Notes: generated by a model from the letters alone, not told the origin. A stretch of DNA of 64,000 nucleotides from an uncultured Chroococcidiopsis sp. (GCA_964248365.1 CAXTYC010000026.1:10658-74657), one strand, 5' to 3'. Positions 33,667-42,574 are shown, counted from the stretch's first letter. Made by a program: numbers and translations.

Positions 33667-33682
33667 TAGTACAAATATACTA
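33667..33682. promoter_or_regulatory. Possible LexA-box-like palindrome
   Basis: TAGTACAAATATACTA, one mismatch to the cyanobacterial LexA consensus RGTACNNNDGTWCB; just upstream of the ParB-MTase start. Confidence 0.4.
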
Positions 33683-33704
33683 ATTAGCTGTTAACTTAAT
33701 TAGT

Positions 33705-35093
33705 GTGATTGCAGTGATTGACCTAAAGTATCATCCCTATGTTTATCTTTTTCCTTGCTTAAACAAACAGGAGTTTGAAGACCTCAAAAAAGACATAGTA
33801 GCTAATGGACAGGGAATCCCTATAACAGTCCTGGCAAGGACAAACCTTATTCTAGATGGCAGGCACAGATACGAGATTTGCCGCGAGTTAGGTATCCAAC
33901 CAAGAATTGAATATATTGCGCTAACCGCGTCGCAGATATTGTGGAAGGTGATTTCCCTCAATGTTAGAAGGCGACATTTAAGTGAGAGTCAAAGAGCAGC
34001 AATTGCAGCAAAAATCGCAAATATGCAACAAAGCGGAGACGGTAGCAATCAATATGCTGTTAAAAAATGTAAAGCAATGCAAATCTACACTTTTGCTAAT
34101 TCAAAGGAAGTGCCTTTAAAAGAAGCCGCTGAAGCACTCAATGTAAGTAGGCGGACGGTAGCAAGTACGAGAACGACAATAAACTGTTTTCCTGAAGTTA
34201 TAGAATATGTTATCAATGGCGATATTACTATTTTTGATGCCTATAAGGTAAAAGACGAGTCACCTGAAATCAAACAGGAAGTTATCGCTCGGTTTTGCCG
34301 AGACAAAGGGGCAGGGCGCAGAACAAAAAGATTAGCTCAGTATCGCAAAGAAATTAAACAGGAAATTGCCAAAAAATCCTTAGAGAAAGTGGTGAACAGC
34401 GTTTTAGGGATTGAGGTTGATGAAACCCCTCGTGTATCTTTTGGTGATGTTTGGCAATTAGGGCAGCACACGCTCACTTGCTGTGACTCCTCAAATTGGA
34501 ATGCACCGCAAGCTAAGCTAGCTTTCGCAGACCCACCATACAACGCAGGTATAGCTGATTGGGACACAGGGTTTGAGTGGAATCATGATTGGCTGATTGA
34601 TAAAGCCGATACAGTGGTCGTTACACCAGGAGATGAATCTTTTGCTCATTTCTTGAGAAAAACCTCGATGCCCTACAAGTGCATGATTGCCCACTGGATT
34701 AAAAATGGTATGAGCAAAAGCCCAATGGGTTATGGCAATCACATCATTGCTGCTGTATTTTGTAAAGAATCTACTCCTTATAAAGTAACAGGGAAGCGCA
34801 ATCAAAACTACTCTGAAAGTATTATCAAAGCGATAGAAGCTGATGACACCGACCATGCAGGTAGAAAACCACTGGATTTTATTGTGACCTGGATTGACAG
34901 ATTAACCAATCCAGGGGAAGTGGTAATAAATCCATTTTTGGGGAGTGGAACCACTTTAATAGCTGCTGAACAGATTGGCAGGATTTGTCATGGTGCTGAA
35001 ATCAATCCTGAATACTGTGGTTTTATTTTAGCGAGATGGATTAGTTTAGGAAAAGAAAATCCCAAAAAAATTAGAAGCCTAGTTGACGCTTAA
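33705..35093 (+). CDS. ParB/Srx-like domain + HTH fused to an amino-(N6A/N4C) DNA methyltransferase
   Basis: ILDGRHR ParB motif, RRHLSESQRA, EAAEALNVS HTH; FADPPYN (motif IV) precedes NPFLGSGTT (motif I), beta-class order. Confidence 0.85.
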   Translation: MIAVIDLKYHPYVYLFPCLNKQEFEDLKKDIVANGQGIPITVLARTNLILDGRHRYEICRELGIQPRIEYIALTASQILWKVISLNVRRRHLSESQRAAIAAKIANMQQSGDGSNQYAVKKCKAMQIYTFANSKEVPLKEAAEALNVSRRTVASTRTTINCFPEVIEYVINGDITIFDAYKVKDESPEIKQEVIARFCRDKGAGRRTKRLAQYRKEIKQEIAKKSLEKVVNSVLGIEVDETPRVSFGDVWQLGQHTLTCCDSSNWNAPQAKLAFADPPYNAGIADWDTGFEWNHDWLIDKADTVVVTPGDESFAHFLRKTSMPYKCMIAHWIKNGMSKSPMGYGNHIIAAVFCKESTPYKVTGKRNQNYSESIIKAIEADDTDHAGRKPLDFIVTWIDRLTNPGEVVINPFLGSGTTLIAAEQIGRICHGAEINPEYCGFILARWISLGKENPKKIRSLVDA

Positions 35094-35118
35094 AAAATTA
35101 CGGTGCATCCTGGCATAA

Positions 35119-35996
35119 AACTATTATAAATCTGCGGCTCAACTAATAGTTCTCAGCCTATCGCAGGAATGAGACTTAAAAGTTGAGAGCAAATCCTTTT
35201 GTCTACTTGAGGTTGAAATTCATGAAACAGTAAGATATGCTTGTGATTCAAATCATTGGGTCATGTATGATGGCAGCTTTACTTCACTAAATTGGGATTT
35301 ATGTAAGTTTGCTGCATCTATGCCTGATGATTTGGATGGTTCACTAGATGACCCAGATTTTTTAGAATGGGAATTAGTAAAAGATTGTTATCGCCGCTGT
35401 TTACTAAGTGTTGACTCTGATTGGTTCACAATTTTCGGTCAGCCTGATGTCAAAGGTGTTAATCGTCTAATTTCACTAAGTAAAAAGGGTAACAGCAAAT
35501 ACTATTCTCGAAAGCTGAAAGCACTAAGCGGTATTACAGACAATGCTTTCCGTCCATCTGACAAGCTTATCTTGGGCTTGATTTTGCAGCCTGATGAATA
35601 TACATCTCCTGTTTCTTACGAGCAACTTTTTGAAGACTCTCATGGTTCAAAGGTTCCTGGCTATGGTAAGCCACACACAGGCAAGAATCACAACTTAGAA
35701 AAGCAGCACGATTCGGTAGAAGTAACTTTCAAGAATATGCGAATCGTCAACTTTCGCCCTTGGGCTTGGTCGCCTGTAATGACGATTCATTATAACAAAA
35801 CTGCTTGCAAGCTAGAAGAGGTTTTTGGAGTTGTCAAAGCTCAGACAAAAACCAGAAGTGTGATGAGCCAATGCCCTTATATCTTGCAGATTTGCTATCA
35901 AAACAAGCTTCAGCCGTTATTAAACTCTACGGCGAAATTAATGTTGGGCGTTATCCCAAACTCTTTAGAGCATTTCGTACTTCTGTAAGGAAATAA
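35119..35996 (+). pseudogene. NurA-like nuclease, 5'-truncated and frameshifted
   Basis: E...WVMYDGSF and LISLSKK motifs; in-frame TGA at 35170; -1 shift near 35865 restores VMEPMPLYLADLLSK, ending at 35996, 2 bp before herA. Confidence 0.6.
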
Positions 35997-35998
35997 TC

Positions 35999-37630
35999 AT
36001 GATAACCGACCTAAAACAAGATTTTGTTGCCACAGTCAATTCTTATAAAAAGGGTAAGTTACACGTTACCATCCTTAACCGTGCTAAAAACCGCAGCATA
36101 TCTGGCAAACTCTGCGAACTACTGATTAACTCCGACATAGGAAAACAGCGGGTTCTCTGCCGTATTAATCGTGTGGATATGACAAACGTTATCCACGAAA
36201 GTCTAGAGTTTCAGCAATTGCTTGCCGAGGATGGACATCTACCGTATTATTCGGGCGACTGCGATATTCTTAGTGCTGAAGTTGAGACAATAGCTTGCAT
36301 AAGAGCTTCTGACTTAGTTTTTTCCGCAATAGCTTGTCCTCCCAAATCTGGTACACAGTTACGAGTTTTACATGATTGTGAAGTAGCTGATTACCAAGTC
36401 GAAAAAACTCATCAAGCAGTGATTGGACACTTACCTGATGAGTCAGCAATGCCAATGTCAGTAATTAACCGCCACTTTAGCGAATGGGATAATGGTGGTT
36501 ACGGTGAGGCAAAACACACTTGTATTTTTGGTCAAAATGGTTCAGGAAAAACTGTTTTAGCCCTAGCGTTAATTGCTACTCAGCTTGCAGCTAATCCACA
36601 AAAAGGGTGCTTGATTCCAGATACTGCTGGAGATATTGCCAAAGGTGGCTCACATTCTAAGGGCGATTTTAAGTTCAACTTTATTGAGTTACTGGAAAGT
36701 GCAGGACGACATCCTGAATATATCGGTATTCAGGAAATCAGGTTAACTAGCAAAACCTCATTCAAGCAGCTACTTAACCCTGTCCTTAGAAAGGCTTTAA
36801 ATATGCATGGGGAAAAGTCAGAGCAGCTTGCTGACAGGGTAACAGAAGAGTTATTTGACCGACAAGTAGACCTGGCAGTTGCACAACCTAACCACATTCT
36901 TAACGCCGTCATTGACCGTATTGCCTCAATTTATACTGGTGCCAAGCGCAGGGAAAAAGAAACTGAGGCTGAAGAAATCAGGGATAATGCAGCTCAGAAT
37001 CGCTCATTTGTCCGAGCTTACACTAGTGGTGTGATGAAGTACTTTGAGGGAAAATACAGCATTGACGAGATTGTTCAAGGCTTCCTAGATAACGGGCGCA
37101 TAATCCTGCTTAATATGGCAACCATGTCTGAGTCAGAACAGCGATATGTAATGTACGAAGTCTTTAGTAAAGTCAAACGTAAGGCAGAAGAAGATTTCAA
37201 ACGTTATGGAACCACGCGCAATGGTTTAGTCGTCTTGGATGAGGGTCCACGATGGGCACCTCAAAGTGGTGATGATGAAGTTACCCAAGTAATTCGTGAC
37301 GCTTTTAACACCACTCGTAAGCTTGGCGTGGGTTGGATGATAATCTCCCAACGTATCACCGCGATTAGTAAGGATATTATTGCCCAGTGCCATACAAAAT
37401 TTGTCGGTCGCGGTATGGGTATCGGTGCAGACCGCGATTACATGAAAGAATTTTTCCGTGAGGATGGACTAGTCATGTACGACCAGTTAAGCCTAAGAGG
37501 CGGCTTCTACTGGCTTGTAACTGGGCATCAAGTCAACTACGGACAGGGTTCTCAATATGTCGCATTTGAAACCTTTAGTGGTGATTCGACGCAAGCGATT
37601 AAAAACGCTAATCCCCATATTTGGGAATAG
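35999..37630 (+). CDS. HerA/DUF87-family ATPase (helicase/translocase)
   Basis: GQNGSGKT Walker A, LVVLDEG Walker B, RKLG arginine-finger motif, ISQR sensor. Confidence 0.85.
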   Translation: MITDLKQDFVATVNSYKKGKLHVTILNRAKNRSISGKLCELLINSDIGKQRVLCRINRVDMTNVIHESLEFQQLLAEDGHLPYYSGDCDILSAEVETIACIRASDLVFSAIACPPKSGTQLRVLHDCEVADYQVEKTHQAVIGHLPDESAMPMSVINRHFSEWDNGGYGEAKHTCIFGQNGSGKTVLALALIATQLAANPQKGCLIPDTAGDIAKGGSHSKGDFKFNFIELLESAGRHPEYIGIQEIRLTSKTSFKQLLNPVLRKALNMHGEKSEQLADRVTEELFDRQVDLAVAQPNHILNAVIDRIASIYTGAKRREKETEAEEIRDNAAQNRSFVRAYTSGVMKYFEGKYSIDEIVQGFLDNGRIILLNMATMSESEQRYVMYEVFSKVKRKAEEDFKRYGTTRNGLVVLDEGPRWAPQSGDDEVTQVIRDAFNTTRKLGVGWMIISQRITAISKDIIAQCHTKFVGRGMGIGADRDYMKEFFREDGLVMYDQLSLRGGFYWLVTGHQVNYGQGSQYVAFETFSGDSTQAIKNANPHIWE

Positions 37631-37647
37631 ATGATTTCTAACCCAAC

Positions 37648-37680
37648 ACAAGCCCTTAAAACTTGTAAGGGCTTGTTTTT
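37648..37680 (+). terminator. Rho-independent terminator after herA-like gene
   Basis: ACAAGCCCTTA...TAAGGGCTTGT stem followed by a T tract. Confidence 0.75.
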
Positions 37681-37702
37681 CTTCTTCTAGTACTTGTAGC
37701 GC

Positions 37703-38030
37703 TTAAACCACTTTCTGCCACTTTATCATGTCCGCGAAGGGCATAAAGCAACGCTAACATATTCCATCTACCCCTAAAGCTGGGATTTTAAACCTTGCTC
37801 CGCAGTTTAGGCATTTTGACAGCAGGCTTAACTGGTGGCGATCTTGCTACCATTACCTTAAACTACCACGATGCTCCGGTGATAAGATGCTTGGGCAAAA
37901 CACAAGCTTCACACAAGCCAATAGGCTCTAGCTTTATGCCCATACCATCCGGCGGTAACATCTGGGCTAACCTATCTGCCCCTACTCCAACCACAACCGC
38001 TTTGCCCTAACTGCTGCCGAATAGGAGGAC
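37703..38030 (-). pseudogene. tniQ: TniQ (type V-K CAST) relic, C-terminal half
   Basis: Across frameshifts: PPIRQQL..AVVVGVGADRLAQMLPPDGMGIKLEPIGLCEAC ... DRHQLSLLSKCLNCGARFKIPALGVDGIC*RCFMPFADMIKWQKVV*, closely matching V-K TniQ zinc-finger regions as recalled. Confidence 0.88.
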
Positions 38031-38660
38031 TAGCAGACGTTCTACACTTGCTCAAAGTTAAAACTTGCCTCTTTTTCAGCACAAGGGGTTACGAAAAAGT
38101 TACGAAAAAGAGTCAGCCGTACCAAAGATCTATCGTTCCAACCCAAATACCTTGTGCATTTTGGTGCGCGACGTTTCGGGTAAGAGTACTCTTACAGATG
38201 CGCTCGCTTGGCTTTTTTGAGAATATTTGCAATAAGCCAGTATCCCAAGCCAAGCGGGTTCGGCGGCAAGAGTATTCTTCCCGCCGACACCGCGCACCAA
38301 AATGCCTAGTCTGACCAATTTTGAGCAGGTTTCATGCAGGGGCGCGATCGCGTACGTTTGACTGGATGTGTATCCAGGCAAAGTATCGAGTGTCAAATTA
38401 TTTGACCACTTGACATCTAAAACCTTGATCGAAAAGCTTGTCTCTTGATGAGGGCAAGGAATCCGATGTACCGACGGAAAACCCTGGAAATAAGCGATCG
38501 CACATCTTGAAAACTCAATTTTGTGCTAGTGTAGTAGAGATGAGAATAAAATTCGGTTGCAGCTTTTGTTTTTAGAATTGATAGGTTTTCCCCTTTTGGT
38601 CTTGACAGGCTTCTCTCCGAAATCTCAATCTCTACAACCCTCTGATTTTGGAGAAAATCT

Positions 38661-38960
38661 ATGTCAATTTATGTAGGTAATCTATCCTACGAGGTCACAC
38701 AAGAAGACCTCAACGCTGTTTTTGCAGAATATGGTTCTGTAAAAAGAGTTCAACTACCCACTGACCGCGAAACAGGTCGGATGCGTGGTTTTGGTTTTGT
38801 CGAAATGGGTACAGATGCTGAAGAAGAGGCTGCCATTGAAGCCCTTGATGGTGCTGAATGGATGGGTCGTAGTCTGAAAGTTAATAAGGCGAAGCCTCGT
38901 GAAGACAGGGGTTCGTCATATGGTGGTAATCGAAGAAACAACTTCTCTAGCCGCTACTAA
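38661..38960 (+). CDS. rbp: RRM RNA-binding protein (Rbp family)
   Basis: IYVGNL RNP2, RGFGFVEM RNP1, short Gly/Arg tail. Confidence 0.95.
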   Translation: MSIYVGNLSYEVTQEDLNAVFAEYGSVKRVQLPTDRETGRMRGFGFVEMGTDAEEEAAIEALDGAEWMGRSLKVNKAKPREDRGSSYGGNRRNNFSSRY

Positions 38961-38997
38961 GCTTTAAGGCTAAACGCTTTTAGCTTGTATATACAAA

Positions 38998-39099
38998 ACT
39001 GACACTTGAGGGTTTGCGATCGATGCCTTGCTCTCAAGTGTCAGTAACCAAATCTAATCTAATCTAAAGAGGCTTAGGCAGCAATGCTGGAGCCTTTTT
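38998..39099 (+). terminator. Stem-loops and terminator downstream of rbp
   Basis: 13-bp inverted repeat ACTGACACTTGAG/CTCAAGTGTCAGT, then AGGCT...AGCCTTTTT. Confidence 0.6.
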
Positions 39100-39147
39100 G
39101 TATTGGAGCGTCGCTCCTTGACTGGGACAATAATGAGAACGAGTCGC

Positions 39148-39339
39148 CTAGTGGTGGTACGCGCCAAACATGAGGGCAACAATTATCGGGATAATGATAG
39201 GGAGAGCAACTACAAGCCCCCATTTGCTAAACCGAATTTCTTCACCCTCAGATTTTAGAAATGCAATCCAGCCAACAGCTCCCATCAATATCCAGATACA
39301 CCCGAAGGCAATAAAAATAACAAATATTGAATTATCCAT
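39148..39339 (-). CDS. Small two-TM membrane protein
   Basis: 63 aa with two hydrophobic helices. Confidence 0.6.
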   Translation of the reverse strand: MDNSIFVIFIAFGCIWILMGAVGWIAFLKSEGEEIRFSKWGLVVALPIIIPIIVALMFGAYHH

Positions 39340-39635
39340 TTTCTTTCTTAATCTATACTCATTTTCAAAGCCAGCACTAGGTTAGCGCAAAAATTTCAGC
39401 GCAATAAACTCCTTGGATTAGTCAAGCTGTCGTGCATTTAATTTTCACACTTAGTTCCTGCTGGAGGCAAACCCCACAAGAAATTGATTATTTTAGAGGA
39501 TGCTTATCTGGATAGCCTTTTAGCTTAATAACCAACCCTAGGGTTAAGTCAGGATTTCTAGAACACCAAAGTAGCAGGTAAACTCAGATGTTGCAGCTTT
39601 AAAAATTTTTCCCCTAAGATACGGAGATTTAAGCC

Positions 39636-40277
39636 TTGGGTATAGAATTGCGTAGTTATGTATTTCTAGACAGCTTGCAGCCGCAACACGCGGCTTACAT
39701 GGGAACGGTGGCGCTAGGGTTTTTGCCATTGCCTGGTGATGCTTCCTTGTGGATTGAAATCTCGCCTGGTATCGAAATTAACCGGATTATGGATATCGCC
39801 CTGAAAGCTACCTCTGTACGTCCTGGGGTGCAAGTTGTCGAACGACTTTATGGGCTTCTAGAAGTTCATTCTAGCAAACAGGGCGAGACGCGGACAGCGG
39901 GGAAGGCGATTCTGGAGGCATTGGGAGTCCGTGAAAGGGAGTGTCTCAAACCGCACGTCATTTCTAGCCAAATTATTCGCAACATCGATCCCCACCAAAC
40001 ACAATTAATCAATCGCACCCGCAAAGGACAGATGATTTTAGCAGGGCAAACACTATATGTGTTAGAAGTTCAGCCAGCCGCCTACGCTGCTTTAGCAGCG
40101 AACCAGGCAGAGAAAGCCGCCTTGATTAACATTCTAGAGATTCAGGCTGTAGGCAGTTTCGGACGACTCTACCTGGGCGGACAAGAACAGGATATTCTGG
40201 CGGGTTCTAGTGCAGCGTTGGCGGCGATTGAAAATGTGGTTGGGCGTGAAAATCCTGCTAGTGGGCGCAAGGAGTAG
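39636..40277 (+). CDS. ccmP: Tandem BMC-domain carboxysome shell protein CcmP
   Basis: [41 protein letters not shown]. Confidence 0.88.
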   Translation: MGIELRSYVFLDSLQPQHAAYMGTVALGFLPLPGDASLWIEISPGIEINRIMDIALKATSVRPGVQVVERLYGLLEVHSSKQGETRTAGKAILEALGVRERECLKPHVISSQIIRNIDPHQTQLINRTRKGQMILAGQTLYVLEVQPAAYAALAANQAEKAALINILEIQAVGSFGRLYLGGQEQDILAGSSAALAAIENVVGRENPASGRKE

Positions 40278-40420
40278 CCAATGTATGTTCGTTAGAAAGC
40301 GCAATAGCCCTATTCATATCTTGCACCAGTATCTAATAGAGGCTGAGCCTCTATACAACGCCGTACCCAGTCTCAGACTGGGTACAAGGGTAGGGGAGGA
40401 TTAACTAAAGGAGATGTTGG

Positions 40421-41197
40421 ATGGCAAATATGGAGCATCTTGCGCTACTTGATCTGGGTGCAGTAAAATGGCTTGAGTGGAGAAACAAAAATATACAGAT
40501 AAAACCAGACTTTAGCGAAGCTAACCTAAAAGGAGCTAACCTAAAAGGAGCTAACCTCAGTGGGGCTAATCTCTACAAAGCCAGTCTGATCGATGCTAAT
40601 CTCCAACAAGTCGAACTGATCGATGCTAATCTGATTGAAACTCAACTGATTGGGGCAGACCTAAGTAATGCTAACCTGATTGGGGCAAACCTTAGAGGAT
40701 CTGACCTGAGACGAGCCGATCTTAGTAATGCTAACTTGATTGCAACTGAATTTATCGGGGCTAATCTTAGCGAGTGCGATCTGAGTGGAGCAAACCTTAG
40801 AAGGAGTAGCCTAGGTTATGCTAACTTGATGGCAGCTAACCTGAGCAATGCTAATCTGAGCAATGCTAACCTCTACGAAGCTGAACTGATCGGAGCTTAC
40901 CTTTACAGGGCTGATCTCCACAATGCCAATCTTAGCTCGTCTCACCTCGGTGGAGCTTATGTTTTCGGGGCTAACCTGAGTGAGGCTAATCTTTACCAAG
41001 CTGACTTTAGGTGGGCTAATCTGAGCAAAGCTAACTTCACAGGCGCTATTCTGAGCAAAGTTAACTTTAGAGGCGCTAATTTGAGCAAAGCTAACTTTGC
41101 AGGCGCTAATTTGAGCAAAGCTAACCTCGACGGGGCTAATCTGGGCAAAGCTGACTTCCAAGGGGCAATTATGCCTGATGGCACAATCCACGATTAG
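40421..41197 (+). CDS. Pentapeptide repeat protein
   Basis: Many A(N/D)Lxx repeats; GAIMPDGTIHD C-terminus. Confidence 0.92.
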   Translation: MANMEHLALLDLGAVKWLEWRNKNIQIKPDFSEANLKGANLKGANLSGANLYKASLIDANLQQVELIDANLIETQLIGADLSNANLIGANLRGSDLRRADLSNANLIATEFIGANLSECDLSGANLRRSSLGYANLMAANLSNANLSNANLYEAELIGAYLYRADLHNANLSSSHLGGAYVFGANLSEANLYQADFRWANLSKANFTGAILSKVNFRGANLSKANFAGANLSKANLDGANLGKADFQGAIMPDGTIHD

Positions 41198-41415
41198 GAA
41201 TTCGTAATTCCTAATTCGTAATTCGTAATTATCTTGATCTCCCCCTGCTCCTTTGCAGGCAAGATGCCTGCGCTACCCACAGCGAACCCTGCGGTCTCAA
41301 CGGGTAAAATTAAAAGCATAGCAGCTTACTCCTGTGCTTTGATGTTTAGAGACTTCGCTCTTCAAAACCCAGCACAAGAGTAATTTGCAAATTCCTCAAG
41401 AGGAAATTGAAGCTA

Positions 41416-41685
41416 TTAATTACCAGCAGGCTGCTGATCCATCATTTCAGCCCTCGCTTGATCTGCCGTTTTATTAAGATACACTGCTCGTTCATCTACT
41501 GTCCTAATCCATTCGACCGGAAACCAGTGGTGTTGCCCATCATCAGCGCTATGCTTGGTCAACTTGATGTACTTACCGCCTTCCACCTTGTCCACATTGC
41601 CAATATGCTCTTCTGATCCACCTGCCAAACCGCCAGGTCCGTCTGCGTAGACGGGCATATGTTCTTTAATGTTTGATATATCCAT
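41416..41685 (-). CDS. DUF2171 family protein
   Basis: IKEHMPV...HIGNVDKVEG..IKLTK..DGQHHWFPVEWI..VD pattern. Confidence 0.75.
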   Translation of the reverse strand: MDISNIKEHMPVYADGPGGLAGGSEEHIGNVDKVEGGKYIKLTKHSADDGQHHWFPVEWIRTVDERAVYLNKTADQARAEMMDQQPAGN

Positions 41686-41842
41686 CTTCAGCCTCTTCTT
41701 AATATATCTGGACTAACACGCAAGTCATACCCTGGAACTGGGTGACTTATGCTTTAGTGAAATAGATCCAGAGTATACTGCTTACAGGTGCAACTCCTCG
41801 TTCTACAGACAGATTAATAGAACTGAAATTTTGTCTGGTAAT

Positions 41843-41926
41843 GGGTAACTGGTAGTTGGTAACTGGTAGTTGGTAGTTGGTAACTGATAACTGATAACTG
41901 ATAACTGATAACTGGTAACTGGTAAC
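41843..41926. repeat. Heptamer tandem repeat (GGTAACT/GATAACT/GGTAGTT)n
   Basis: About twelve degenerate heptamer units. Confidence 0.9.
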
Positions 41927-42084
41927 TTCAGGTTGCAGTTGCTGCCGTTGTGCCAGTTGAAAGACCGGAATTTGAGTTTATCTATTTGTATAAATTATTA
42001 GGCACACTAAAGCAGGATAAATTAACTGTCTCTAGTTTTAGTGATGTTAAGTAGGTGTGTGGTGAGAGTGAGGAGAAAAAAGCG

Positions 42085-42231
42085 ATGTTTCAGAAACTAT
42101 TACTAGCAGCGACGATAACTTTGAGTGTCTATCTATTTTCGGGAGTCCGTTTAAGTGCAAATAACCAAAGTGCAACTAAAGCTTATCTGACAGAAATCCC
42201 AACTTTTTCTTATCCAAAGCGTGGAGTGTGA
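42085..42231 (+). CDS. Small exported protein (48 aa)
   Basis: AGGAG upstream; MFQKLLLAATITLSVYLFSGVRLSANNQSATKAYLTEIPTFSYPKRGV*. Confidence 0.55.
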   Translation: MFQKLLLAATITLSVYLFSGVRLSANNQSATKAYLTEIPTFSYPKRGV

Positions 42232-42574
42232 GGGTCAAATGCGGTTGGCGAGGATTTCGCCACTGTACATATTAAACCACATAGGGTAACAATGCTAGAT
42301 CCTGCAATTGTTAGCCATCTGGGGGTTACATTCCTCCATAACCTTTGATTTATCATGATTTCTTGACAAATTGAAGTAAGCAGCTATCTCTGGGTAGCTC
42401 TGGAAACTTAGTATTTTACTATGTAAATATAGCTCTATCTATTATCACAAGCAATTTTTTCCCTCAGTCTCCTTTGCTCAGAGGAACAGAGGGCATTTTG
42501 TCATATCCTAAATAGAAAGACAATATAAAATTTAAAGTATTTTTATTTACATATACTCAATTCGACTAGCGTAG

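Larger units (their letters stand above)
32849..38415. mobile_element. Degenerate type V-K CRISPR-associated Tn7-like transposon (CAST) at tRNA-Pro; right boundary tentative
   Basis: Tn7-like left end, V-K repeat fragment with tRNA spacer, tniQ relic in reverse orientation at the far end, cargo in between. Confidence 0.8.

Noticed and set aside
33008..33700. Full CRISPR array, tracrRNA or cas12k
   Set aside because: Only one partial repeat found; no repeat-spacer periodicity and no Cas12k-like ORF recognised
37795..38396. ORFs 37795..38010, 38048..38314 and 38130..38396 as genes
   Set aside because: They lie antisense to the tniQ relic or run across the inverted-repeat element; no protein motifs
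32838..38500. Integrase-type genomic island with duplicated tRNA 3' end
   Set aside because: No integrase and no second copy of the tRNA 3' end seen; the Tn7-like end, PAM spacing and tniQ explain the insertion better
40811..41191. Repetitive antisense ORFs
   Set aside because: Shadow frames of the pentapeptide repeat gene
41843..41926. Heptamer arrays as CRISPR repeats or iterons
   Set aside because: No spacers; typical cyanobacterial short tandem repeats found throughout the window
42255..42275. CACTGTACA (TGTACAGTG on minus strand) as the CAST right end
   Set aside because: No TnsB-site repeats follow, the flank does not match the left target site, and it would place the core gene ccmP inside the element
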